DNA of 64,000 bases, from contig JAKIMF020000005.1 in assembly GCA_022605425.2 (NCBI GenBank), positions 1,240,001 through 1,304,000 on the forward strand. Direction: 5' to 3'. This document shows positions 13,154-24,674 of this stretch, in pieces (positions within the stretch are counted from its first letter, which is position 1; each line of letters starts with the position of its first letter). The notes beneath the pieces are model-generated. The model worked only from the letters and a program-made list of their open reading frames with translations. It had not been told where the DNA came from and made no database searches. Source of the DNA: Hamiltosporidium tvaerminnensis FI-OER-3-3. Its lineage: Eukaryota; Fungi; Microsporidia. The position numbers and the translations under genes are program-made.

Positions 13154-13879
13154 GTTACTTTATTTAAGAGTTCACATCTTTTTAAAACAGTACCAAGTGT
13201 TATATTTGTTTTCCTGGCATTAACGCAGTTCTGGGTTTAACATAAATAACTTCTAATTCAACATCCATCAGTACTCCCTGCGGTACCTAAGTCCCAAAGC
13301 CTTTCATCTACTAGGTGTGTAGAACCTAATTAATAGGCGGGGTAGTTGCCCGAAGTTCGTTAATGCCCGTTGCATGGAGTGTGATCGAAGGCCGAAGCCC
13401 CCCTTGAGCACCCCAAGATTATACAGCATTCCCACTTACTCTACACTTTCCTAACCCAATAAACTTCTAGCTAAATATATTTCAGTGACTAACAGGGAGT
13501 CCAACTACACAGTGCAATGTCATACCAACAGGTATAACCTGCTACTTAGCTATCCCGGCTTTTAATGGTTTCTATTTTTATATCTCCCAGACGCTAATTC
13601 TTCTAACCCGGTGACCAAGGTTAGGTTTCCATGCTTTTACATGGTAATTACCTACATATTTGACCGTGGCCTTTGGTCCAGTTACATAAAAAACTACAAA
13701 TAAATTTGTAGAAAAAGTTTCACCGTTTTGTAGACCTCTTCGTCATACAAACTCCCATTGAACAACCGAAGATGTAGTGTGGTTTTATTCCCGCCAAAAA
13801 TCCACACAATGATCCTCACACCAATTCACACACTCATTGTCAAGCAAAAAGTTTTTTATGGGGTTATCCTCCCTCTACC
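13154..13879 (-). mobile_element. ~730-nt structured non-coding retroposon (long family), copy A
   Basis: Homologous over its full length to 36023-36759, 53865-54570 and 60882-61620. TSD ATCAAC(G/A)AAAAATC at 13140-13153 and 13880-13893 (13/14). Confidence 0.9.
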
Positions 13880-14503
13880 ATCAACAAAAAATCAAGTATA
13901 TTTTTAGTAAGAAATTCTTCCAAAACCGAGCATATAGAATATGAAAATACAATTGAAAGCGAGCAAATTTTTAAATTTTAACTTTATATATGCAAAGATT
14001 TGTGTAGTTCGAGACAATGACAGTTTATAATAGCATTTCTTATTTTTTGACCGATAGAAAGAATAAAATACGACATTTCTTATTAACGGAAGGGTAAATG
14101 GAAACATTGGCATTAAGAAAATTATTGCTACTCTGTCTTTAATAATCTCAGCAGAAAAATAATAGGATGGACCATTGGTTCACTTTTTTTCTCCATTATA
14201 GTTCAAAATATAAAAAAAATCATAAAAAATATATAATCTCAGGCTTTTATTAGGTTATACCCAATCAAGGATTTGTTCTAAAGAATTGAGAAATTATATA
14301 ACGATTGAAAAAAATGCAATTTTTTACAAATAATTTTTGGAAATCAATTTTATTTGTTATTTAGATGCGAAGACACCAATCATATAAACTAAAAATGTTT
14401 ATCAGTACATTACATTCTTTTGTTAAGTAACAGACCAATTACAGGTTAAATATATTTTAGGGGGTTAACGTTTATAAATATATGATACTAAAAATAAAAT
14501 TGT

Positions 14504-16234
14504 ATGCAAAATGAATTTATAACAGAAAATTGCTGTAAAAACGTTAAAAAAAATCTTTATAAACTTCCAAAGAAATCAGATCCGAAATTATATGTAAAAA
14601 TTCCTTTAAACATAAATGACATAGAAAAAAACACTAATGGAATATTATCAATGCGAAGTAATACTTTACGAACATTTACTGAAACAATCAAAAAATCAAA
14701 CGATATAAATCCGGCAATAAAATTTCTATTGAATTTATTTTATTATGAAATAGATTCATATGACGAAAACTACAGTGCGTATATATATTTTAGCTTAAAA
14801 CATAACCTGCCCAGAATAGATGATTCTACAAAAGAAATCGGATTTACAATCATTTCTTCAGAATTTATTTACAACATTGAATCTTTTATAAGATTTAACG
14901 AACATTTAAATAAAAATGGTGTTTTAAAGAAAAAATCTAACGAAATCATACATAATATTTTTTCAGAAAATATAAAAAAAGACGGTTTGGTAAAGATCGA
15001 AAGAAATGATTCGACAAATAATAGAAATTATGAAGTTATTTTTACAAAAAACATTTTTAAATATTGGGGAATTAGAGAATTGAATGAAAATTTAAGTTTT
15101 ATAGGCCATTTTTGTTTTTATTCTGTAATTGAAGAATTTTGCATGCGGAACATAAAACTTCAACAAAAAGAAACCGAGCCGTTTGATAATTTTGTCAAAT
15201 TTTTGAAAATTATAATTTCAAATGTTTTTGATAAACTTTTTTTAGAAACAGATGATTTCAATGAAATTTTATTAATATCAAAAACACCTTTCATACTAAA
15301 CAAATATACATTGAAAAATATAAATCTGGGGTTGAAGTTCGAAATAACACCGTTTATACTTGAAATTCAAGGATTAAAAGATGATTTTAATAAAAAGTAC
15401 CTTTTAAATCAAAAAAACCCAAAACAGATGCAAAATAATAAGAAATCTTTTATTCTTTTGAAAGATACTTTAAATACCTTTGAAATGTATTCTAAAACCG
15501 AGAAAAATAATTTATTATTTATTTGGTATGCCATTTATTCACTTTTAAATGAAAAATATCACAAAAATGAGTTGTGGATGTCAAGTTTAATTATGGCTTC
15601 GATTTTAATTTCACACAAAAATATCAAAGAAATAAAACTTGAAAATATTGAAGATATTAAAATCAATTCGGAGGAAATCTTTAAGATTTTAAGAACAAAC
15701 GAAATATACTTTATTTCTGAATATAACAATTTTGTAAAAGAATTAGAAAATAATTTTCAGAATAAATTAAACACGTTGTATAGTATAATACTTGAAAATG
15801 CCGCTCGAGGACCTAAAATAGCTGATGTGAACAGAATTTGTAAAAATTTAGTCATTTTAAATTCTGAAAATACAATGATATTCCATAAATTTTGTGAGGA
15901 AAATATTGATACAAAAATATTTCTTTATTTAGAAAATATTCCTTATTACTTAACATATTATTATTTTGTAAATAAAGAAATATTTATAGAAATGACAACG
16001 GATTTTGAAATATATTTACAAAATATTAAAGAATGCGAAAAATCAATTCGTCCGTTTTTAGATGGACATTATCAAATAAAAGATAAAAAAATGTTATTTG
16101 ATAAAAACTTTAAATATAAAAAACATTGCATATTAACATTAATACTAATGATTATATTAATTGCATCTTTTTGTTATTATATATACAATAAGCGAGCACA
16201 TAAAAAGTCATTTTCGATTGAAATAAGAAAATGA
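14504..16234 (+). CDS. Hypothetical protein, 576 aa, with C-terminal transmembrane anchor
   Basis: Long ORF in AT-rich DNA. Hydrophobic ILTLILMIILIASFCYYIY followed by a basic tail. No domain recognised. Confidence 0.75.
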   Translation: MQNEFITENCCKNVKKNLYKLPKKSDPKLYVKIPLNINDIEKNTNGILSMRSNTLRTFTETIKKSNDINPAIKFLLNLFYYEIDSYDENYSAYIYFSLKHNLPRIDDSTKEIGFTIISSEFIYNIESFIRFNEHLNKNGVLKKKSNEIIHNIFSENIKKDGLVKIERNDSTNNRNYEVIFTKNIFKYWGIRELNENLSFIGHFCFYSVIEEFCMRNIKLQQKETEPFDNFVKFLKIIISNVFDKLFLETDDFNEILLISKTPFILNKYTLKNINLGLKFEITPFILEIQGLKDDFNKKYLLNQKNPKQMQNNKKSFILLKDTLNTFEMYSKTEKNNLLFIWYAIYSLLNEKYHKNELWMSSLIMASILISHKNIKEIKLENIEDIKINSEEIFKILRTNEIYFISEYNNFVKELENNFQNKLNTLYSIILENAARGPKIADVNRICKNLVILNSENTMIFHKFCEENIDTKIFLYLENIPYYLTYYYFVNKEIFIEMTTDFEIYLQNIKECEKSIRPFLDGHYQIKDKKMLFDKNFKYKKHCILTLILMIILIASFCYYIYNKRAHKKSFSIEIRK

Positions 16235-18530
16235 AACAAATTCATATTTACAAATATAAACATATTGAAAAATTTTATCTCCCCATTCGATTTTAATTTT
16301 ATTTTCGCTAAATCCTAGGGAAATAATGAAAAGAATATCTAAAGATAAAAAGAAAACGATTTACAGCATTAAAAACAATATTAAAAAAGACTCGGTTTTC
16401 ATCCGAACTATTTTAAATATCGGATTTCCGCAAAAAGTTTAAGTAAAAATTTTTATTTTAGAAGAATTTGTATATTAATTTGATTTTTTGTGTTTCTAAT
16501 TGGTATTTTAAGCAAAGCAGCGTATTTTTGTTAAACGAAATAATTTCAAAAAAATATGCATGCTGTTTTTCTTGGCTATATATAAAATAAGATAGAAAAT
16601 ATTCTCTTTATTTTATAATATTAATTAATGTGAGTGAATACAGGTTTACAATTCAATAAACAGATTAAATAATATTTATGTATTTGTTTTTATCAAAAAC
16701 CAGGTCAAAGTCAATTTTTAAAAGTATAGAATACAAAATCAAATGAATAGAAATCGTTGAATAAAATTTAAAATTTATTTCTTTTTCTTTATAGTATTTA
16801 TGCTTATTTTTTCGAATAAATATGGAATCGTAAGTAAGCAAAGTATTAAAAATTTTCAAATATTTACGATAATACAATATTTATGAAATCAAAAATGGTA
16901 AGAAAATAATTCCATTAAATTTTATCTAACTCTAATGTAGGTGATGAATTTAAAGGCTTGTTATTGAGTTGGTAATCCTACTTAAAATTAAGATTTTAAT
17001 TACGAAATGTTTAAAATCTTTCTACTTTTATTGATATTAGCGTATAAAACTTTCAATAACTGCAATATTTCTTTTGCACAGTAATTTTCTAAAATATTCC
17101 CATCTAGTCTTATTCATAAATATATCTCATTTATTTTTGGTTTATTTTACGATTATTCTTTTCTATTTGTTTAAATTCTGATTTGTGTTTGGAATTATTT
17201 GGTACTTTAAAAGATGCGATTAAAATTTCTGAGAAACCTAAAAAGAATTAGAGTTTAAAAGGCTCTTTTGAGAATTTTTATATTGATTATAACTTTCTGA
17301 ACTATTCTATTTTGATTTCTTTAACTTTTGATTTATAATTTTGAAATAGAATTACTCTTTCATTTTTCATTTGTCTTTTCCACTCATGAAATCATTCCAA
17401 AAGAATAAATTTATATACAGTCTTTTAAAATAATATTAGGTCACACATTGTGCTTCAAATTATATAGATTGATTCTAGATATCATCATATTTTTTTAATA
17501 AGTTACAAAATATTTCTTTTGATACATGTTTCTTCTAATTTAGTTTCAAAGTTTTAAATAGACGCTTTAATATACTTTCAAGTATTAAAATTATAAAACT
17601 CTCTCATTTGGTAAATTTTTAAAGTAAATCAAAATTTCATGGTAATATTCTGTAGCGAGTGAAAATAGCGGCTTTTCGATTCTATAGGTCTGGGTGGATT
17701 ATTAATTTAATTTTTTCTCTTTAAGTTTTTAATATTTAAAATCACTTATACTTTAATTCCATTTTATCTTAAAAAAATCTTACTAATTGTATTTCCTAGT
17801 TTTGAAATCAATCATTAAAATGGATTTGTGTATAGGCATATTATTACTTTTAATGATTATAAGTTGTACTTTTTAAAAAACAACATTTAGATGCCAATAT
17901 CATATAAAATTTTGTTCCGACAAACTGAATAATATTTTAGGAAATAAAAGTGTTTAATATAATTTTTATAGAAATTAATTTTTCATATTTTCTTTATGTT
18001 TAGAAGTTATGTATTCTAATTTTAATATTGCGAATAGAAAAATGATTTGTAATACGACTAAGATTTACGTAGTTTTTTGAATAAAAATTGTAATTAGAAG
18101 ATTTCGGGAAAATTAAAATGTAAGTTTATTTCACAATTTGATAAATCTTGTTGCTATCAATATTATTAATTTTCCCTTTAAAATCCGAGATTAAAAAATT
18201 TATATTCAATTATATTTTCTAAATTCAGAAAAATGACTATTTTTGTAAGTTTCACAGAAATTGTAGAACTATTTAATTAATAATATAAACTTACACTTTT
18301 TGGCCTAATTTTAAAAATATAAATTTAATTAAAAATCTTTTTCGAGGATAAGTACCTTTGAATAATTAATTGACACTATTCTATAAGAATTAAGAGATTT
18401 ATTAAATCAATTACAACGATAACAATAATTGAAATATGCGGAAGGATTCTTGATGCAAAGCTTATATTTAAAGGAAAAAAATCTAATTAAATATGAAATT
18501 CGTATTATAAAATGGTTTATGTTCAACGGA

Positions 18531-18760
18531 GGTGGAGAGAGGATAACCAAATTAAAAGCTATCTTATTGGCGATGGGTATGTGAAATTTATATGCAAATC
18601 ATTGTTGACATTTTGATGGAATATAAAGCACATTTGGTCTAAAGGCAAATTACTTATAATCCCGAGTTACAACAGATTAAAAGAAGCATATAGAATATTT
18701 CCAACTATTCATCCTCGATATCGAGAGATAAAAGAGGAATTCAATAATTAAGTAATTAAG
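18531..18760 (+). mobile_element. ~230-nt SINE-like element (short family) sharing the 5' head of the 730-nt element
   Basis: Perfect 14-bp TSD TTATGTTCAACGGA at 18517-18530 and 18761-18774. Starts GGTGGAGAGAGGATAACC and ends AATTAAGTAATTAAG. Confidence 0.85.
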
Positions 18761-20230
18761 TTATGTTCAACGGAATTAATTGTTATTATTTCTTTAAACT
18801 TTTATAGTTTTATTGAGTTCTTCTAACTGCAATTGAAAGCTGGTCAAATATGACTCAACTGTCTTCATAACAGGTATTTCATAATGTTTCCGAAAAAATA
18901 GTAAGTGTGTTTTTTGTAGAAAATTCGGTTATAGAATGAATGTTTTATACAACTCTATGAAGTAAAAAAATATGGCATCAATAAAATAATTGTAACAAAT
19001 AAGAAAAAAATGTTTAATCTTCTATGAATACTTAAATTGTAAGTTTTTCGGCGTTTCCTTTACTAACTATGAATTTATTTTCTTTTGGCCTTCAGATTCG
19101 CATGTATTTTTAAGTGAAGCTAAATTAGAATAGAAACTTACTTCTCATATAAACTTTAAATGATATTTTTGTACAATATAGAGACTTTTTAAGACTTTTT
19201 CTTAAAAAAATGATCAAATTTGAAGCATAAAAAATGATCTATGTGAATTTAATTTACACCCGTTACATGTCTTTTGTATAAAGTCAAAATAAATACTTGG
19301 AAATTCTATTTAGAAAATATCCTCTTGTTCCTAGGCTTTCTCGAGAAAATCCTCTTTAGGCAAAAAAGCTTTTTAACATTAATACTCACCGAATTTCATC
19401 ATCTATTTATCCAAGATTTCATATTGTATCATTAACTTTACGTATCATTGGTATATGATTAGAAATACGGAATTTCTTCTAAAGTTTTTTGACTTGCCAA
19501 CGGTTGATCGATCATTATCCTTCGGCTAGGAATGGTTTGTGTGTGATTGGCAACCTAACCAGTCAAAAGATAATGTTTAAAACTCCTAATAAAAGGAAAA
19601 AGATTTTAATCACTGTAAAATTTGTTTTCACCTGTCGAGAATATACAAGCCCAAAAATGTGTTTTAAATAATGTCCAAAACAGTGAGATTTTACAAATAG
19701 AATGATGGTTATTTGATTCTAGTGATTTAAATACAGAAAAAAACCAGAACTATATCGGCTAAAAAAAGAAAATTTAGCCATTTTTGTGGCTGTGAGTTTA
19801 TTTCGATTACATTCGAACCTATTTTATTCTATGATTATCTATATGTTGTTTATGATCAAAAATTATTTCTAAAGTGCCTATAAAAATATAATTTACTTAT
19901 TCGAAAGCATCCCATTCTTTGTAGTTTTTTAGAACATCATAAATAGCACGTATATTTGAGTTATACAGACATAATTTAGAACAAGTTTTCTGATTCATTT
20001 TTAATAGTTAGTATGCACACAGCAAAATCATACAAATAGACAAAAAAGTTTTTTTTTAATTTGCTTCAAATGTTGTTTGACAAGTATCTTTTACATCTAT
20101 AAAATACAAATATTTTCTAAATATATATATTTTATTCAGATTCAAATTGTTTGAATTGTTCGCAAATAATATATTTTTTGATTAGTCGTGCAAATAATTG
20201 AATATAAGGTTTCTGCTAGGTTAAATAGTA

Positions 20231-21979
20231 CTCCCTCTGCCCGGAAATATGGTATACATTTCAAAAAAACCATAGATTATCGTGAATATAAAAAATAAAT
20301 AGGCAACCGTCATGACATTGTCATAGTAAATATTCATGACAATATGACCAAAAATTTTTGACTTTAGTAATATCATTCTTAGTTAAAAAGTTACCGCTTA
20401 AACATCAGTGTTTCTTAAGGCTAAAAAAATTAGTACCGCTGCCAAACGAATATGGAAAATGTGAAAGAAAATTTGTTAAATTCAGAAAAAAGAGATTCAA
20501 AATATAAACAGTTAACTAAAGAACAACGTCAAGGTATTTTAGAAAAATTATTACAGCAGATAAAGGAGAATAAGTTAAAACATGGTGCCATTAACGAAGT
20601 TCTTCTGACTTTTAAGTTACCCGGCTAAATGTTAGCAGAATTTGGCATGCAGCACAAACTAAATACAGAAAGGGTAAAATATGTGCCGATTTTTCTTCAA
20701 AAAAGAAAAAAGATGAGGAAGAAAATCTAAAGGCTATACGAACAATTTAGCGCAAATAAGAAAACACAATTAAATGTCGAGGAACGCTTCGCAGTCTTTC
20801 CTTTGCAATTGATATTCCAAAATCAACTATGTTTGATATATTCAAATCGGGATGGTATATCAAGAAAATATCTTCTACAGTTAAACCAACTTTAACAGAT
20901 AAAAATAAAATGGACAGATTATTATTTTGCTTGTCTAAAGTAAATCTTACTAAAAATGGAGATTTGCTTTTTGATGATTTGTACGATTACGTTCACATTG
21001 ATGAAAAGTGGTTTTATCTAACTAAAGTTAAGCGCTCTTATTACTTAATGTTAAACGAAGAAAACCCGGAGAAAAACTGCAAAAGTAAGCGATTTATTAC
21101 GAAAATAATGTTCATGGCTGCAGTAGCTCGACCACGCCATGATGCACATCGAAAACTTTATTTTGATTGGAAAATTGGAATATGGCCATTTGTTTATAAA
21201 GAACCAGCTCAAAGAAATTCTAAGAATAGGGCTAAAGTGACAATGATAGCAAAAAATTTGGAATCTGTTACAGCAGTATATTGCAAAAACATGATCATTA
21301 TTAATGTGATTCCCGCAATTAAATCTAAATTTCTGCCAGCATACAAAAGGAAAACAATTTACGTACAACAATACAATGAAAAACCCCATTTTTCTAAAAA
21401 TGATCCAGATATTGTCGCTCTTGGTTCTGCTGATGACTGGAATATTAAATTTAAGGCGCAATCGGCAAATAGCTTCGATTTAAATGTTCTTGGTTTAAGT
21501 TTTTTGAACTCCATAAAACGCCGCAACATGAAGCTTTGCCACACTCGATTGACGAATTAATAAATTGTGTTCAAGATGCATTTCATCAATTAGAAGCGAA
21601 TACTCTCGATAACGTTTTTACAACATTGCAAGCATGTATAGAGTCTATTATGTTAGCAGATGGAGGAAATGGCTATAAAATACCTCATTTAAGTAAAGGA
21701 AAACTTCGTCGCGAAGATCGACTGCTATAAAAATATGTATGTTCTAAAGAAGCAACCGTTAAAGCCAAATCAAATTTCGATTGAACTTATTAAATTAATA
21801 TTTCTTTATTTAAATTTTATTTAAAATTTACATTAATATTTATTAAAAGGTTTCAAATAAAGGTAATATAATAAACTTGACATGTACATTTTTTGATTTA
21901 TTATATTTTGCAAATGTATACCGTATTTCCGGACAACAAAAATCGCTAAAATGTATACCATATTTCCGGACAGAGGGTG
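20231..21979 (+). mobile_element. Mariner-like DNA transposon, DD39D (plant/Stowaway-type TIR), TA TSD
   Basis: 31-bp TIR CTCCCTCTGCCCGGAAATATGGTATACATTT (29/31 match to 21949-21979), TA on both sides, and an extra internal TIR copy at 21912-21935. Confidence 0.93.
20452..21785 (+). pseudogene. DD39D mariner transposase, frameshifted, catalytic residues mutated
   Basis: HIDEKWFYLT, KIMFMAAVARP, GIWPF, VQQYNEKPH (for QQDNA.PH), QSANSFDLNVLGLSF (for QPPNSPDxNVLDLGFF) and GGNGYKIPH. Confidence 0.88.
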
Positions 21980-23522
21980 TATTTAATTTCTTGTCAATAA
22001 TAAGAAGCAACATAAATTTAGTGCCAACATGCATTCCCATAATCTATTATAGGAGTAATATTATGTCATAATGTTTTGCATCAATTAGATTGATTTATAT
22101 TTCAGAAATATTATCGCGTCTATAATCACTCAATTTTTAGGTGCTAATTCGCCGACTTGAAGCCAAAACGTTTTCTAATACAAATTTTTAGACATATATA
22201 GCAAAATTGGATTTTCAATTTGTTTCTTAGTGCATTTTGGAACTTAAGAATTTTCTATTGGTTATATTTGATATGTAAAAATAGACAAAATTTGATGTTA
22301 ATGTAAAAGTAAAAACATTGGTACACACAATTAAAAGAAATAAACTACCTCAATTCCCTTCAAATTGTTAAACCTGAAAAACTTAGAAATTATGGCATAT
22401 TATATCAGCTAATAATACGTTATTATGCATGGGTATAAATTGAAAATGACCCTTATGTGATAACTTAAAACGGTATTGTGGCAAAACAATTTAAGATGTA
22501 TCTTAAAGAACTTCGCATAACCATGAATGTATGGACACACATATTAATCATTAACGCCTGAAAAGACAGCCGAAACGATTTATTTGCTTGACAGAGGAAC
22601 TTAGGCCAAGATAAATACATATAAAACTGCGAAATAGTAACGATAGGTGAATTCAAGGTGCTGAAAGGCATAAAAAACCAATAAATTTTTTTAAGAAACC
22701 AATAAATCTGGAAGATGGTGTTAAATAGGTTTAACCAAAAATATATTATTCAAAATTTTGTGACGAACCAATCCAGAGAATCTGCCATTCGATCAAATAA
22801 AAATTTGGATCAGAAGACTAAAATAATGTGTTATAATGGCGGATCAAAGATTTATAAAAGCCTCGAAAATATATTTTAACCGATAATCTATATAAATAAA
22901 ATTGATTTTCACCAGTTCTACTGAAGTTCTTTTAACATAGAATTTAAATCAATTTTTATTTTAAAAAAAATTTCGGACTAAAACACAGATCGTAAAAAAA
23001 ACATGAATTATATAATTTTGATGTGCCTCGTGATATATTAATTTTTTGATAAACTTTATGTTTTGACTTATAAACAGAAAAAAAATGGGAAAATATAAGG
23101 TCAGAATAACAAAAGCATATAATATATTGGAATCGAGAAAATATATGAATAATTAATTGAGAATAGAAAAAGCTCTATAAAAAAGAAAAATTTATATGAT
23201 ACGGCATTACATACAAAACAATTTTATAAATATGAAGATTGCATCGTGATACAAAGTGGATTTTAAATAATATATTAGTAGAAGATGAAAGGTTGCAGAA
23301 TATGCAATATAATTACAAAAGATCAAAAAAGCTACATATTCAGTACTGATGAGTTATAATTTTAAATTTAACGATTATTTGATCTAAAATCAAAGCAAGT
23401 TAGTTGCAACGACAATAAGTCATGCTAGTAACATTTACTGTTAATTTTTCTTATTTAATAAAAGTAAGAAAATTTTAATAATACAGATTTAAAATAAAAA
23501 TAAATTTACATTTAATAAACTT

Positions 23523-24674
23523 TCATAAACTTTTTTTAGAAAAATAACTATTTTCGTATCTTGATTTCATTATATAATGAATCGCATTTAATATCACACT
23601 TTTTTTACTTTTTGAAACTGGTCCAGGAATTATCTCACTTAGTGCATATAAACCCAAATTAATTGCATCCCGGCGATGGTGTTCTGATTCAACATGATTG
23701 TTCTTCTTATCTTCTGATGAAAGATTTTCCTGCTTTGAGCGCTTACGTCGATTCGTGTAAACATCAATATTCTTTATAAGAAAAGCTAAGTACTTTTTCG
23801 CCATGGAATTTGCTTTATAAATAGGATCATATTTTTGTATCCAATTAAACATTTCAATTAGTTTCGTTTTATTTGGCTTTGGTATTGCAGAAATAGCTTC
23901 TTCGGGCTTAGTATTTTTAATGATGTTATTTTCGCGGTGAGGTATTTGAATTGCTTTTACTTCTGAATTCTTACGAGAAACAATCATATCAGGCGAAATT
24001 ATACTAGATTTTCTCCAGAAAACACGTGTAGATGTGTTTTTATTTTCATCGGAATATTCATTGAAATGATCAACTTCTTTGTTTTCGTTTAATAATTTAC
24101 TTTTAATGTTGCTCAATCCATCATTGGGTAAATCTAATCGTTCATAAGCTATGTCATCCTTCAAGTTAGGGTTACAGACGCTCTGATCGTTATCTGAAAT
24201 ATGAAAAATATTGAGGTTGGGTGATTCAGGTACGCTTTTGAAATATTCAGAATTTGCTAATTCACTTTTACAATTCAAATAATCAACATTTATGTTGGAA
24301 TTTGATTCCACCTTAAATTTTTTTTCAATCGAAATTGATCTAGAAAAATCCAGCAAAAGATCTGCTTCATCCTTTAGTTTAAAACTATTACATGTTGTCG
24401 GTTTGGTTCTTTCATTTAAATTTCTTATTGTTTCATTATTCACTATTCTACCAGGGAAAAAATCATACCATTTATTAGGTATTATTCGCTTATTTATGAA
24501 CCTTTCATTAAAATGATTATGTAATATTCTTCTATCGAAAAATGGATTGCTTGAAACAATTCCTTGTTGGCTAAAAATCTTTTTATTCGAACCATTAGGA
24601 AACATTGAATAATTTAATTTCCTATTTGTATTATTTTCATTTATATTTTCTCCATTTCTCATTCTAAATTGCAT
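23523..24674 (-). CDS. bHLH transcription factor (Ino4/Mlx-like C-terminal bHLH)
   Basis: KKNNHVESEHHRRDAINLGLYALSEIIPG..SKKSVILNAIHYI fits the basic region H-x3-E-x2-RR and helix-loop-helix. Confidence 0.85.
   Translation of the reverse strand: MQFRMRNGENINENNTNRKLNYSMFPNGSNKKIFSQQGIVSSNPFFDRRILHNHFNERFINKRIIPNKWYDFFPGRIVNNETIRNLNERTKPTTCNSFKLKDEADLLLDFSRSISIEKKFKVESNSNINVDYLNCKSELANSEYFKSVPESPNLNIFHISDNDQSVCNPNLKDDIAYERLDLPNDGLSNIKSKLLNENKEVDHFNEYSDENKNTSTRVFWRKSSIISPDMIVSRKNSEVKAIQIPHRENNIIKNTKPEEAISAIPKPNKTKLIEMFNWIQKYDPIYKANSMAKKYLAFLIKNIDVYTNRRKRSKQENLSSEDKKNNHVESEHHRRDAINLGLYALSEIIPGPVSKSKKSVILNAIHYIMKSRYENSYFSKKSL

Noticed and set aside
13154-13879. The 730-nt element as the physically contiguous 5' UTR of the adjacent LINE copy
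   Set aside because: Each has its own TSD (12953-12965 closes the LINE; 13140-13153/13880-13893 bound the RNA element), so these are separate insertions.
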